The position numbers were made by a program, and so were the translations under genes. Below are positions 16,299-25,277 of a DNA stretch of 43,714 bases, one piece after another. Each line of letters starts with the position of its first letter. The first letter of the stretch is position 1. The stretch lies in the sequence record OP018999.1; one strand, 5' to 3'. Source of the stretch: Escherichia phage NTNC80A. The notes under the pieces were generated by a model. That model was not told the DNA's origin, ran no database searches, and saw nothing but the letters and a program-made list of their open reading frames with translations.

Positions 16299-16513
16299 AA
16301 GTACAAATTGTAACCCTGCACTGTAAGAAAGGCATTACAACCCTAGGCGGCACAACTTTTCACTCCTTCTCTGAAGGGGAGACATACGCCGACCTGCACT
16401 ACATCTGGCGCGATGGGCAGCACGTGGTGAACTACAGCGACCCCGCTACGGGGAAACGCCACGGCGTGTCGCTTCCGGCGCACGACATCGCTCAGGTGAA
16501 CACAGTTTTATAA
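16295..16513 (+). CDS. hypothetical protein (72 aa)
   Basis: ATG 16295 overlapping the HNH stop (ATGA); SD AAGGGGGA; MKVQIVTLHCKKG... Confidence 0.5.
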   Translation: MKVQIVTLHCKKGITTLGGTTFHSFSEGETYADLHYIWRDGQHVVNYSDPATGKRHGVSLPAHDIAQVNTVL

Positions 16514-16520
16514 AGTCTCA
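16505..16520. repeat. 16-bp perfect palindrome GTCTCACATGTGAGAC
   Basis: Exact copy, 15 nt upstream of the promoter at 16536. Confidence 0.8.
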
Positions 16521-16535
16521 CATGTGAGACAAATC

Positions 16536-16558
16536 GGTGTCCGGTATTTACTGGACAC
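16536..16558 (+). promoter_or_regulatory. phage RNAP promoter (consensus)
   Basis: atttactggacactatagaagag; +1 G at 16553. Confidence 0.75.
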
Positions 16559-16617
16559 TATAGAAGAGAAGAATTTTAATCGGCGATAATGCCACAACTA
16601 ACAAAGGAGAATTTAAT

Positions 16618-16983
16618 ATGTTCAAGATTGAAACTATCGTAAACCGTGTTGTTAAAGGTGCTGATCTGGTATCCGTTGAGTCTTTCGTTATCGTCGATGA
16701 AGCCAACAAACTGGTAGCTGGCACTAAGGCTTACGATACCCGTGAAGAGGCTCAGGCTAAGATTGACAGCATGGGTAACTTCGCTGCTGGTCTGGAGTTC
16801 GCTCGTGCTTGCTTCCCTGAGCAGGCTGACAAAGCTCAGATTGGCAAGGCTAACATCGTAGCTGAGTATCTGGATTGGATTGCCGCTGGTAAACCGGTGA
16901 AAGAAGCTAAGGCTGAAGAAGCTGAGGCTCCGGTAGAAGTAGCTGCACCGGAAGCTCCGGTAAGCGAAGAAGAAGAGTTTTGA
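16618..16983 (+). CDS. small acidic protein (121 aa) ending SEEEEF, hypothetical
   Basis: Consensus promoter, strong SD (AAAGGAGA) and downstream terminator suggest high expression; C-terminal acidic tail with terminal Phe. Confidence 0.75.
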   Translation: MFKIETIVNRVVKGADLVSVESFVIVDEANKLVAGTKAYDTREEAQAKIDSMGNFAAGLEFARACFPEQADKAQIGKANIVAEYLDWIAAGKPVKEAKAEEAEAPVEVAAPEAPVSEEEEF

Positions 16984-17042
16984 TAATAGCAGGTGTTGCC
17001 TCTGTTAGTCCTAGATGACTATCACGCTCACCTCATCTAATG

Positions 17043-17076
17043 CCCTGTCTGCCTTAGTGTAGGCAGGGTCTTTTGC
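17043..17076 (+). terminator. phage-type terminator hairpin
   Basis: ccctgtctgcc-ttagtg-taggcaggg then TCTTTTG; same architecture as the hairpin after the capsid gene. Confidence 0.65.
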
Positions 17077-17297
17077 GTAATAGTTATTGGAGAATGAATT
17101 ATGCCGACTATTGAAGAACGTTTGAAACTAGAGTACCACTACTTTTATGCACCTTTAAGAAAGACAGAAGTCACTGTCGTAAAAGTTAAGCTGGATGGTG
17201 ACCTCTTTCTTCAAAAGGTTAAAGAGACAAGAAGCCAGAACGAATCTCGTACTTTTGCATATGAGGTACTCTATTCTGTATTGAAGGAGTGGCCTAC

Positions 17298-18326
17298 ATG
17301 CGACCAAACTTCGACTTCGGAGCCACAGTATCGGAAGACAATAATCTCATCCTGTGGCCAACTGAAGGTAATCGAATCGCTTTAATAGATGCTGATATGT
17401 TACCCTACATCGTAGGTTATACAATCAGTGACATGACTTATGTACGAGCCACAACTCGTGTTAAGTCAGGACAAGTCCCATCAATCAAAGATACACCTGA
17501 GTGTAAGCAAGCGTGTGACCGTGTGAACTCCTTGCTTAACTCTTGGGTGTATGCAGCAGAGTGTGATGCAGCTAAGTTATTCATGACGAAATCAGAAGCT
17601 AACTTTCGTGTACGCCTAGCCTTCACCAAACCTTATAAGGGTCAACGTAAGACCGAGAAGCCCCCCTTCTTCTATGAATTGAGAGAGCATCTCTTAGAGG
17701 TTCATGGTGCAATCTTGGCAGATGGTGAGGAAGCTGATGACCTCATGAGCATTGCACAATGGGACAGCCACCGCCGCTTCCAGCAAGATACAGGTAACGA
17801 GTTCCCTATCGGTAGTCCAGAGCATAAAGCATTCTCTGATACTTGCATTGTTTCCTTGGATAAGGACTTGATGATTGTTCCCGGTTGGCATCTTCAGCCG
17901 GGTCAAGAGAAGAAATGGGTAGAGCCTATGGGTTGGCTTGAGTTACGCCGTAAGGCTAATGGTCAGGTCAAAGACCTAAAAGGTGCTGGCCTCATGTTCC
18001 ATTATGCACAGATGATTATCGGTGATGATATTGATAACTATGCTGGCATACCTGGACGTGGTGCTAAATATGCCTATGATCTTCTCAAGAGTTGTAAGAC
18101 AGAGAAAGAGTTGTACATGGCAGTGCTTGGTGCTTACAAGGCTAAGTTCGGACATGGACAAGTTAAGATTAAGAATTACCGAGGGGGTTATCGTATCGGC
18201 AAAGCCTTTGACTTGATGCTTGAATGTGGTCGCCTAGCTCACATGGCAAGGTTCAAAGGTGATATATGGCGAGCCGATAAGAATGAAATCTTATGGGGAG
18301 ATGATGGCGATGAGTGGATGCATTGA
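17298..18326 (+). CDS. 5'-3' exonuclease (T7 gp6-like)
   Basis: ATG 17298 with SD AAGGAG 8 nt upstream (ORF track GTG 17289); RIALIDADMLPYIVGY aligns with the T7 exonuclease N-terminal metal-binding region as recalled. Confidence 0.9.
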   Translation: MRPNFDFGATVSEDNNLILWPTEGNRIALIDADMLPYIVGYTISDMTYVRATTRVKSGQVPSIKDTPECKQACDRVNSLLNSWVYAAECDAAKLFMTKSEANFRVRLAFTKPYKGQRKTEKPPFFYELREHLLEVHGAILADGEEADDLMSIAQWDSHRRFQQDTGNEFPIGSPEHKAFSDTCIVSLDKDLMIVPGWHLQPGQEKKWVEPMGWLELRRKANGQVKDLKGAGLMFHYAQMIIGDDIDNYAGIPGRGAKYAYDLLKSCKTEKELYMAVLGAYKAKFGHGQVKIKNYRGGYRIGKAFDLMLECGRLAHMARFKGDIWRADKNEILWGDDGDEWMH

Positions 18327-18747
18327 CCACGGTTGTAAAGGTTTTGGCATAGGTTATGCCACGGCATATTACAAGGGTCGTGACGGTAAGAAGAAGTTCA
18401 CCACGAAACACCGAGTAGTTTACTGCAAGGTTAATGGTATTCATCCAGAAGATTTACCTAAAGACCTAGTAATACGCCATACCTGTGACAATGCACGTTG
18501 CATAAATCCAAATCACCTTGAGATAGGAACCCACGCCGACAACATGCGAGACATGGCAGAGCGAGGGCGCGCCTACAAGGGCGGTATGCCCGGTGAGAAG
18601 AATGGGAGATGTGTCCTCTCCGATGAGCAAGTCTTGGAAATCAAGAGGCTACGTGCCGAAGGTTATACCCTCAAACGCATAGCTGACTTGTATTCTGTAG
18701 GCACATCTCAAATCTCCCGTATTACCAGAGGAGAACAACGTGCGTAA
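18301..18747 (+). CDS. HNH homing endonuclease
   Basis: HTCDNARCINPNHLEIGT HNH motif and C-terminal HTH-like region; start overlaps the exonuclease 3' end. Confidence 0.85.
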   Translation: MMAMSGCIDHGCKGFGIGYATAYYKGRDGKKKFTTKHRVVYCKVNGIHPEDLPKDLVIRHTCDNARCINPNHLEIGTHADNMRDMAERGRAYKGGMPGEKNGRCVLSDEQVLEIKRLRAEGYTLKRIADLYSVGTSQISRITRGEQRA

Positions 18748-19150
18748 GATGAAGCAAACAGATCTCGCTATGGTTCGTGATGAACTATGCGAGGCGCAGA
18801 AGTGGAAATGCCCTATTTGTGGAGGGCATCTTAAAATGATCACCAAGGTTAACCGTGTCGTAGATCACGACCATAACACTGGTGTGGTGAGAGCCTGCCT
18901 TTGCAGAGGGTGCAATGGTGGTATCGGTAAGATTGAAGCATATGCGCAGTCCTACTGCAAGGCAGGTAATAATACACGTGAAGTGATTAAGGTGTTGCGT
19001 AATCTAGCAGATTATCTTGAACACCATCAAACACCTCGTACTGGTTGGATTTATCACAAGCACCAGACTGAGGTCGAGAAGCGCGAGGCTCGCAACCGCA
19101 AGGCTCGCTTAGCATATGCACGTAAGAAGAAGGAGGCAAATGGTGGCTAA
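18740..19150 (+). CDS. endonuclease VII-type resolvase
   Basis: CPICGG...DHDHNTGVVRACLCRGCN signature of the endonuclease VII family; GTG 18740 or ATG 18749. Confidence 0.8.
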   Translation: MRKMKQTDLAMVRDELCEAQKWKCPICGGHLKMITKVNRVVDHDHNTGVVRACLCRGCNGGIGKIEAYAQSYCKAGNNTREVIKVLRNLADYLEHHQTPRTGWIYHKHQTEVEKREARNRKARLAYARKKKEANGG

Positions 19151-20150
19151 ACTTCGTAGCCTGTTTAAAGACTCCGAGGTGCTTGACGCAATCGAGCAAG
19201 CTACCGACGAGAAAGGTAATGTTAACTATAATGAAATGGCGCACATCCTGTCTGCGCATCCGGTTGGCAAGAATATCACTCGCCAACTCGCTCGCTATTG
19301 GCATGGTCAGTTCAAGACGAAGAAGAAGAATGGTGACAACTACCAGTCACTTCTTCCAGAGAACAAACGCATTAAGGAGCAACGCAAGTTGCGCACTCCT
19401 GATCGCTATGAAGATCTGGCTGTTAACCCTCTGCCTGACTCGCCTCATCGAAGCATTCTGGTAATCCCTGATACCCACGCACCGTATGAGCATCCAGACA
19501 CGCTGGAGTTCTTGGCTGCTGTGGCTGCACGGTTCAAGCCTGATACCGTTGTTCACCTTGGTGACGAGGCAGACAAACATGCTATGTCGTTCCATGACTC
19601 AGACCCGAACCTTGACTCTGCTGGCATGGAACTTGAGAAGGCTCGTGTCTTTATGGAGAAGCTGCACCGTATGTTCCCTGTGATGCGCCTGTGTCACTCC
19701 AACCACGGCTCTATGCACTTCCGCAAGGCACACTCTCATGGCATCCCTGTACAGTACCTGCGTACATACCGTGAGGTGTTCTTCCCGCATGGGGGTGGTG
19801 AGCGTTGGGAGTGGCAGCACACGCATATTCTGGAGCTACCGAACGGTGAGCAGGTTGCATTCAAACACCAGCCAGCAGGTGCAGTTCTGACCGATGCAGC
19901 ACACGAGCGCATGAATCTGGTGTGTGGTCACTTGCATGGCAAGATGTCTATCGAGTACGCCAGTAATAGTCACGAGCAGTATTGGGCGGCTCAAGGTGGT
20001 TGCCTGATTGACGAGGGTTCTCGTGCATTCTCCTATGGTCGTGAGTCCAAGTACAAACCAGCGCTAGGCTGTCTGGTGATTATCGAGGGAGTACCTCAGA
20101 TCATCCCGATGCAGACAAATAGCGAAGGTCGCTGGGTCGGCAAGATTTAG
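19140..20150 (+). CDS. calcineurin-like metallophosphoesterase with ~100-aa N-terminal extension
   Basis: ATG 19140 after SD AGGAGG; motifs PDTHAP (DxH), LGDEAD (GDxxD), SNHG (GNH-like), GHLHG (GHxH). Confidence 0.85.
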   Translation: MVAKLRSLFKDSEVLDAIEQATDEKGNVNYNEMAHILSAHPVGKNITRQLARYWHGQFKTKKKNGDNYQSLLPENKRIKEQRKLRTPDRYEDLAVNPLPDSPHRSILVIPDTHAPYEHPDTLEFLAAVAARFKPDTVVHLGDEADKHAMSFHDSDPNLDSAGMELEKARVFMEKLHRMFPVMRLCHSNHGSMHFRKAHSHGIPVQYLRTYREVFFPHGGGERWEWQHTHILELPNGEQVAFKHQPAGAVLTDAAHERMNLVCGHLHGKMSIEYASNSHEQYWAAQGGCLIDEGSRAFSYGRESKYKPALGCLVIIEGVPQIIPMQTNSEGRWVGKI

Positions 20151-20167
20151 GTGACACTATAGAATAA
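20145..20167 (+). promoter_or_regulatory. phage RNAP promoter (SP6-type)
   Basis: atttaggtgacactatagaataaag; +1 G at 20162; overlaps the phosphoesterase stop; transcript starts with hairpin gggcagg-tattgg-cttgccc. Confidence 0.7.
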
Positions 20168-20217
20168 AGGGCAGGTATTGGCTTGCCCTTGATTGTATAG
20201 TGAATGGAGGAATTAAT

Positions 20218-20664
20218 ATGTCAGATATTAAAGTAGGTGACAAAGTACGTCGTAAAACAGAACAACCTAGTGCAGTTTGGACAGGCGCTTGTAGTGTAGG
20301 AAATATCAAACCTTATTCTGATGTTACTGTTAGTTGTGCAGCTGATGATGTGATAGCTTTCGTTGAAGTACAAGGCACTTGGCTGGCAGGCAACTACCAT
20401 GTAGTGTCAGAAGAAAGTACAAACAAGATAGATATGGTTAAACAACCTAAGCACTACGAGTTCTTCGAAGGTGTAGAGGTAATCACTATTATTGCCCGTA
20501 GCATGACCGAGAAGCAATTCGCTGGGTACTGCATGGGTAATGCTTTGAAGTATCGTCTGCGTGCAGGTAAGAAATTCAACACCGAAGAAGACCTGAAGAA
20601 AGCAGACTACTACAAAGAGTTATTCCAGAAGCACCGTCACGAATGTATTGATGAGGATATTTGA
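20218..20664 (+). CDS. hypothetical protein (148 aa), DUF3310-like C-terminal region (tentative)
   Basis: ATG 20218 with SD GGAGG; C-terminal HYEFFEGVEVITI...GNALKYRLR...DLKKADYY pattern. Confidence 0.65.
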   Translation: MSDIKVGDKVRRKTEQPSAVWTGACSVGNIKPYSDVTVSCAADDVIAFVEVQGTWLAGNYHVVSEESTNKIDMVKQPKHYEFFEGVEVITIIARSMTEKQFAGYCMGNALKYRLRAGKKFNTEEDLKKADYYKELFQKHRHECIDEDI

Positions 20665-20665
20665 T

Positions 20666-21613
20666 ATGAATATCTTTGAGTTCCTAGGTCTTCCAGAAGA
20701 CCACCGTAATCACCCATTCATGCTGGTGAAGCATCGCGGTGAAGTTCCTGAGAAGAAATTAACTTTTCCATGTTATGCACAGGTGAAACGAGATGGGATA
20801 TTTAGTGCTGTTGTGGTCCGTAATGATGGTGCTGTTGCCATCTTTGGTCGTACTGGTAAAAAGCTCACAAATGTTGAAGACTTGGAAAAGCTATTTAGTG
20901 TATTTCCTGTCGGGTTGTATCTTGGTGAGTTGCAATCTATGGCTGTTGATATGTATCTGGAAGCTCTATCAGGTGTAGTAAACCCTAATCGTACAGAGCC
21001 ACTTGATTTCATAGGCCAGCAGATTAAAGACAACCTGTATATCGACTTCTTCGATATGTTAACCATTAAGGCATTCCATGATGGATTCACTGATGTTTCT
21101 TATCTCAAACGTTACGATGCTTTACATCGTCGCATCGGCGCTCATCTTAGCGGGTACAACGCTATCCTTCCTATCACTCCTTGCCATAATGAGCGAGAAG
21201 TTGAAGCGTTTGCGCAAGAGCAAATAGATGCAGGCCGAGAGGGTGCTGTATTTAAACTTGATGTGGAGTATGAAAGTGGGCACAAGGGCTATCGTCAAAC
21301 GAAGATCGTGCGTATGGTATCTTACGACCTCACCTGTATTGGGTGGGAGGAAGGAAAGGGTAAGTATAAAGGCAAGGTAGCTAACCTCATTTTCAAATGG
21401 AAGGGTGGTAAGTCTGTTAAGGCTATGCTTGGACGTGGCTGGTCACATGAGGATGCAGCCCAAATGTATCACGATATTAAACACGGTGGCGAAATGAATG
21501 TCATCGGGAAGATCTTCGCTGTCAAGGCGTTGCAGGAATCTAGTAAGGGAGTCCTGAGACTTCCCAAGGTTTCTGAGTTACGTCACGATAAGGAGGTTCC
21601 TGATGTCTATTGA
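20666..21613 (+). CDS. ATP-dependent DNA ligase
   Basis: Adenylation motif AQVKRDGIF (KxDG); size and position like T7-type ligases; ATG 20666 after SD GAGGA. Confidence 0.88.
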   Translation: MNIFEFLGLPEDHRNHPFMLVKHRGEVPEKKLTFPCYAQVKRDGIFSAVVVRNDGAVAIFGRTGKKLTNVEDLEKLFSVFPVGLYLGELQSMAVDMYLEALSGVVNPNRTEPLDFIGQQIKDNLYIDFFDMLTIKAFHDGFTDVSYLKRYDALHRRIGAHLSGYNAILPITPCHNEREVEAFAQEQIDAGREGAVFKLDVEYESGHKGYRQTKIVRMVSYDLTCIGWEEGKGKYKGKVANLIFKWKGGKSVKAMLGRGWSHEDAAQMYHDIKHGGEMNVIGKIFAVKALQESSKGVLRLPKVSELRHDKEVPDVY

Positions 21614-21728
21614 TTTGAACAAAGAGCAACTTGAATTGTTAATAGAGGCCATTGAGCAATACTATTACATGTGTGGCTATGAGTCAAAAGAATTAGACTC
21701 CTTATATTCGAAACTAAAAGGAGGGTAA
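21603..21728 (+). CDS. micro-protein (41 aa), hypothetical
   Basis: ATG overlapping the ligase 3' end; MSIDLNKEQLELLIEAIEQYYYMCGYESKELDSLYSKLKGG. Confidence 0.3.
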   Translation: MSIDLNKEQLELLIEAIEQYYYMCGYESKELDSLYSKLKGG

Positions 21729-21730
21729 TT

Positions 21731-21928
21731 ATGTCTTTTGATTCCATGAAGGCAACTCGTGCCGTTGAGGTGGCAGAGGCTATCTTCGAAACTTTATCCT
21801 GTGGCATGGAAGTGCCATATACTTTACTGGCTGATGCAGAAGAACTTGGTCTTTCTGTAGAAGCTATCCAAGAGAAGGTGGAAGAACTCTATGGTACAGA
21901 TGAAGAAGAAACCGACGATTTCATTTGA
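21731..21928 (+). CDS. small acidic protein (65 aa), hypothetical
   Basis: ORF track; SD AAGGAGGG upstream; ends EEETDDFI. Confidence 0.5.
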   Translation: MSFDSMKATRAVEVAEAIFETLSCGMEVPYTLLADAEELGLSVEAIQEKVEELYGTDEEETDDFI

Positions 21929-21932
21929 AGGG

Positions 21933-22061
21933 ATGGAGATGCTTGAGATGATTCTCAAGCCTTCTTCTCCGAAAGTAACTAAGACTCATGAAGAGTTAAT
22001 CGTAGATGAAGTGAAGCGTTACATTATGGATTGTGTCAAGGCACAACTGGTGGTTCAATGA
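21933..22061 (+). CDS. micro-protein (42 aa), hypothetical
   Basis: ATG 21933 after SD GAAGGGA; stop overlaps the next start. Confidence 0.3.
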   Translation: MEMLEMILKPSSPKVTKTHEELIVDEVKRYIMDCVKAQLVVQ

Positions 22062-22519
22062 TACGTCCAGCTTCCTTCCTAGATATTCCTGAGATTATTA
22101 ATCTCGGAGACAAGTATGTAGAAGAAGAAGTCAAGGTGGTGGCACATCATTCTGCGTCGTGGAATGCGGAACAAAGTGCAGCTAACCTGTGTGCCTCTCT
22201 AATCAGAGAGGATTTATTCCTGTGGGTCGCTGTGGATGAAGGGCAGGTTGTAGGATTCCTGTGGGCTGGTTATCACGACCTAGCACCTTGGACGCCAGTG
22301 CGTGTTGCATCTGACATTCTCTTCTATGTTGTACCGGAGAAGCGAGGGACGCTACTTGGTATGCGACTAATCAAGGCATACAAGCAATGGGCTTTTGAGA
22401 AAGAGTGTGCTGAGGTACGCATGTCAATAGCCTCTGGTATTAACGAGGAACGTGTTGGACGTATGTATAGGCGACTAGGCTTTGAGACGTTCGGCACTGT
22501 GTATAACTTAAAACTTTAA
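22058..22519 (+). CDS. GNAT-fold acetyltransferase-like protein (tentative)
   Basis: 153 aa; VVPEKRGTLLGMRLI resembles GNAT motif A and RMYRRLGFETFG the C-terminal GNAT beta-hairpin; the call is by eye only. Confidence 0.55.
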   Translation: MIRPASFLDIPEIINLGDKYVEEEVKVVAHHSASWNAEQSAANLCASLIREDLFLWVAVDEGQVVGFLWAGYHDLAPWTPVRVASDILFYVVPEKRGTLLGMRLIKAYKQWAFEKECAEVRMSIASGINEERVGRMYRRLGFETFGTVYNLKL

Positions 22520-22528
22520 GGAGACAAC

Positions 22529-22738
22529 ATGGGTGTCGTGAAGAAGGCATTTAAAGCAATTGGTCTTGCACCGGAGGCTCCTCGTATTGAAGCAGCCAAA
22601 GTGCCAGCACAACAATTAGAGCGCCAGCCTGAGACGGAAGCAGAAGATGTAACGCTGGGTCAGGAAGATGACACCACAACCACCTCTCGTGGTAAGCGTG
22701 GGCTTGTTCGTCCGGTTGCATCTAGTTTAGGAGTATAA
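22529..22738 (+). CDS. small protein (69 aa) upstream of portal, possibly a minor virion protein
   Basis: ORF track; SD AGGAGA; low-complexity acidic centre and basic C-terminus. Confidence 0.45.
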   Translation: MGVVKKAFKAIGLAPEAPRIEAAKVPAQQLERQPETEAEDVTLGQEDDTTTTSRGKRGLVRPVASSLGV

Positions 22739-22739
22739 T

Positions 22740-24290
22740 ATGAGGCAAGACACCGACCTTGAATATGGTGGCAAGCGGTCTAAGATACCTAAGCTGTGGG
22801 AGAAGTTATCAACTAAGCGTAACCCATTTATGGATAGGGCTAAACATTATGCCAGACTCACCTTGCCTTACCTTATGAATGAGGAGGGCGATAACAATAC
22901 ATCTCAGAACGGATGGCAAGGTGTCGGTGCTCAAGCCACTAACCACTTAGCTAACAAGTTAGCGCAAGTTCTCTTTCCTGCTCAACGCTCTTTCTTCCGA
23001 GTTGACTTGACAGCAAAAGGAGAGAAGATATTAAACAACAGAGGTCTTAAGAAGACCAAATTAGCTACACTGTTTGCTCAAGTAGAGACTGCGGCTATGA
23101 AGCAATTAGAACAGCGGCAGTTCCGCCCAGCGGTAGTGGAGTGTTTCAAGCATTTGATTGTTGCTGGCAACTGTATGTTGTACAAGCCAAGCAAGGGTGC
23201 AATCAGTGCTATACCTATGCACCACTATGTAGTTAATAGAGATGCCAATGGTGAACTGCTGGATATTATCTTACTGCAAGAGAAGGCTCTCAAGACATTC
23301 GACCCTGCAACTCGCATGGCTATTGAAGTAGGCATGAAAGGTAAGAAGTGCAAAGACAGTGATAATGTAAAACTCTACACACACGCCAAGTACGAGGGTG
23401 AAGGGTTTTGGGAATTAAATCAATCAGCAGATGATATTCCTATTGGTAAATCTAGTAGAATCAAAGCTGATAAGCTCCCATTCATCCCTCTTACTTGGAA
23501 GAGGTCATATGGGGAAGATTGGGGTCGCCCTCTTGCAGAGGATTATTCTGGAGACTTGTTCGTAATCCAATTCTTATCAGAAGCAGTTGCTCGTGGCGCT
23601 GCTTTGATGGCCGACATTAAATACCTGATTCGTCCAGGTGCTCAAACAGATGTAGACCATTTTGTTAACTCAGGGACAGGTGAAGTAATTACTGGCGTGG
23701 AAGAAGATATTCATATTGTACAATTGGGTAAGTATGCAGACCTAACACCAATAAGTGCTGTGCTAGAGGTTTATACCAGACGCATCGGCGTAGTCTTTAT
23801 GATGGAGACTATGACGCGACGAGATGCAGAACGTGTAACTGCCGTAGAGATACAGCGAGATGCTCTTGAGATTGAGCAGAACATGGGTGGCGTATATTCA
23901 CTCTTTGCTACGACCATGCAGACACCAGTGGCTATGTGGGGTCTGCTTGATGCCGGAGACTCTTTCACTAGTGACCTAGTAGACCCTGTTATTATCACAG
24001 GTATTGAAGCGTTAGGTCGCATGGCAGAGTTGGATAAGCTGGCTAACTTCGCTCAGTATATGGCATTACCTATGAGTTGGCCTGAGCCAGTACAGGCAGC
24101 AGTGAACTGGCCTGATTATATGGATTGGGTTCGTGGTCAGATCTCTGCTGAACTTCCATTCCTAAAATCAGAAGAGCAGATGAAGAAAGAACAAGCACAG
24201 ATGGCACAAGCACAGCAAGAGCAGATGCTTAATGAAGGGGTAGCTAAAGCTGTTCCGGGTGTCATTCAACAAGAACTTAAGGAGGCGTAA
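22740..24290 (+). CDS. portal (head-tail connector) protein
   Basis: 516 aa, immediately 5' of the scaffold and capsid genes in T7-type order. Confidence 0.9.
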   Translation: MRQDTDLEYGGKRSKIPKLWEKLSTKRNPFMDRAKHYARLTLPYLMNEEGDNNTSQNGWQGVGAQATNHLANKLAQVLFPAQRSFFRVDLTAKGEKILNNRGLKKTKLATLFAQVETAAMKQLEQRQFRPAVVECFKHLIVAGNCMLYKPSKGAISAIPMHHYVVNRDANGELLDIILLQEKALKTFDPATRMAIEVGMKGKKCKDSDNVKLYTHAKYEGEGFWELNQSADDIPIGKSSRIKADKLPFIPLTWKRSYGEDWGRPLAEDYSGDLFVIQFLSEAVARGAALMADIKYLIRPGAQTDVDHFVNSGTGEVITGVEEDIHIVQLGKYADLTPISAVLEVYTRRIGVVFMMETMTRRDAERVTAVEIQRDALEIEQNMGGVYSLFATTMQTPVAMWGLLDAGDSFTSDLVDPVIITGIEALGRMAELDKLANFAQYMALPMSWPEPVQAAVNWPDYMDWVRGQISAELPFLKSEEQMKKEQAQMAQAQQEQMLNEGVAKAVPGVIQQELKEA

Positions 24291-25198
24291 TGTCTTTTGA
24301 AATTATTAATGAACCTGTAAGTCAGTCTGACGTTACTGAATCTAAGGAGGCTGCTGATGTTACTACTACCGACACTGATTCTACTGTTGATTCTTCTGGC
24401 AGCGATGTACAAGCTGACACAGGCAGTACAGACGTACAAGACACCGGAGGAGCTGATATTGGAGAAGATGCAGGACAAGGAGAAGCATCTAGTGGATCGG
24501 ATGATAAATCTGAGCCAGATGGTTCCTCGGACGAAGATGTACGATTCTTCTTTGGCGAACAAGAAGTAGAAATTGAAATTCCTGAGGATGTATCCACTGC
24601 CTTGAAAGAGAAAGGCATTGATGCAATGCAGGTAGCCAAGGAGCTTTACGGTGAAGGCGGTAAGTTTGAGCTTAAGGAAGAGACAAAGCAGAAGCTGTAT
24701 GACGCATTTGGAAAGTTCGCAGTAGACGCTTATCTGAATGGACTAAAGGCATCTAACGAGGCATTCCTCATTAAATCTGAAGCCCAAGCTAAAGAAGCAG
24801 AAGCAGCAGATGCCCAACGCTTTACCGATATTGCATCTGAGGTTGGCGGGGAAGAAGGCTGGTCACGCCTTGAGGAGTGGGCGCTTGAAACCCTCTCTGA
24901 TGAGGAGCTAACCGCGTTTAATGCTGTTATGGCCTCTGGCAACCAGTACCTGCAACAATATGCTGTTCGTGAACTGGAGGGTCGTCGTAAGCAGGCACAG
25001 GGGGATGATAAGCCATCCCTGATTGAGCCATCAGCACCTGCTAAGGCTAATGAAGAGAATGGCCCACTGACGCGAGATCAGTACGTTCAAGCAATCGCAA
25101 CTCTTAGCCAGAAGTACGGCAATGACCGTAAAGCTATGGCAGAAGCTCAGGCTAAACTGGACGCCCGTCGCCGTGCTGGCATGGCTCGCGGTATCTAA
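24290..25198 (+). CDS. scaffolding protein
   Basis: Highly acidic low-complexity N-region and helical C-region, between portal and capsid. Confidence 0.8.
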   Translation: MSFEIINEPVSQSDVTESKEAADVTTTDTDSTVDSSGSDVQADTGSTDVQDTGGADIGEDAGQGEASSGSDDKSEPDGSSDEDVRFFFGEQEVEIEIPEDVSTALKEKGIDAMQVAKELYGEGGKFELKEETKQKLYDAFGKFAVDAYLNGLKASNEAFLIKSEAQAKEAEAADAQRFTDIASEVGGEEGWSRLEEWALETLSDEELTAFNAVMASGNQYLQQYAVRELEGRRKQAQGDDKPSLIEPSAPAKANEENGPLTRDQYVQAIATLSQKYGNDRKAMAEAQAKLDARRRAGMARGI

Positions 25199-25204
25199 TT
25201 CAGT

Positions 25205-25227
25205 ATTTACTGGACACTATAGAAGGG
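25205..25227 (+). promoter_or_regulatory. phage RNAP promoter (consensus) driving the capsid gene
   Basis: atttactggacactatagaaggg; +1 G at 25222. Confidence 0.8.
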
Positions 25228-25277
25228 AGAAAAGTTCTCCCTAGTTATCAATTTGATTTATAAGGAGATTATAATAC

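Noticed and set aside
17101-17385. 94-aa ORF upstream of the exonuclease
   Set aside because: Overlaps the exonuclease N-terminal coding region by about 88 nt in another frame; it has a plausible SD, so it is not excluded, but there is no independent support.
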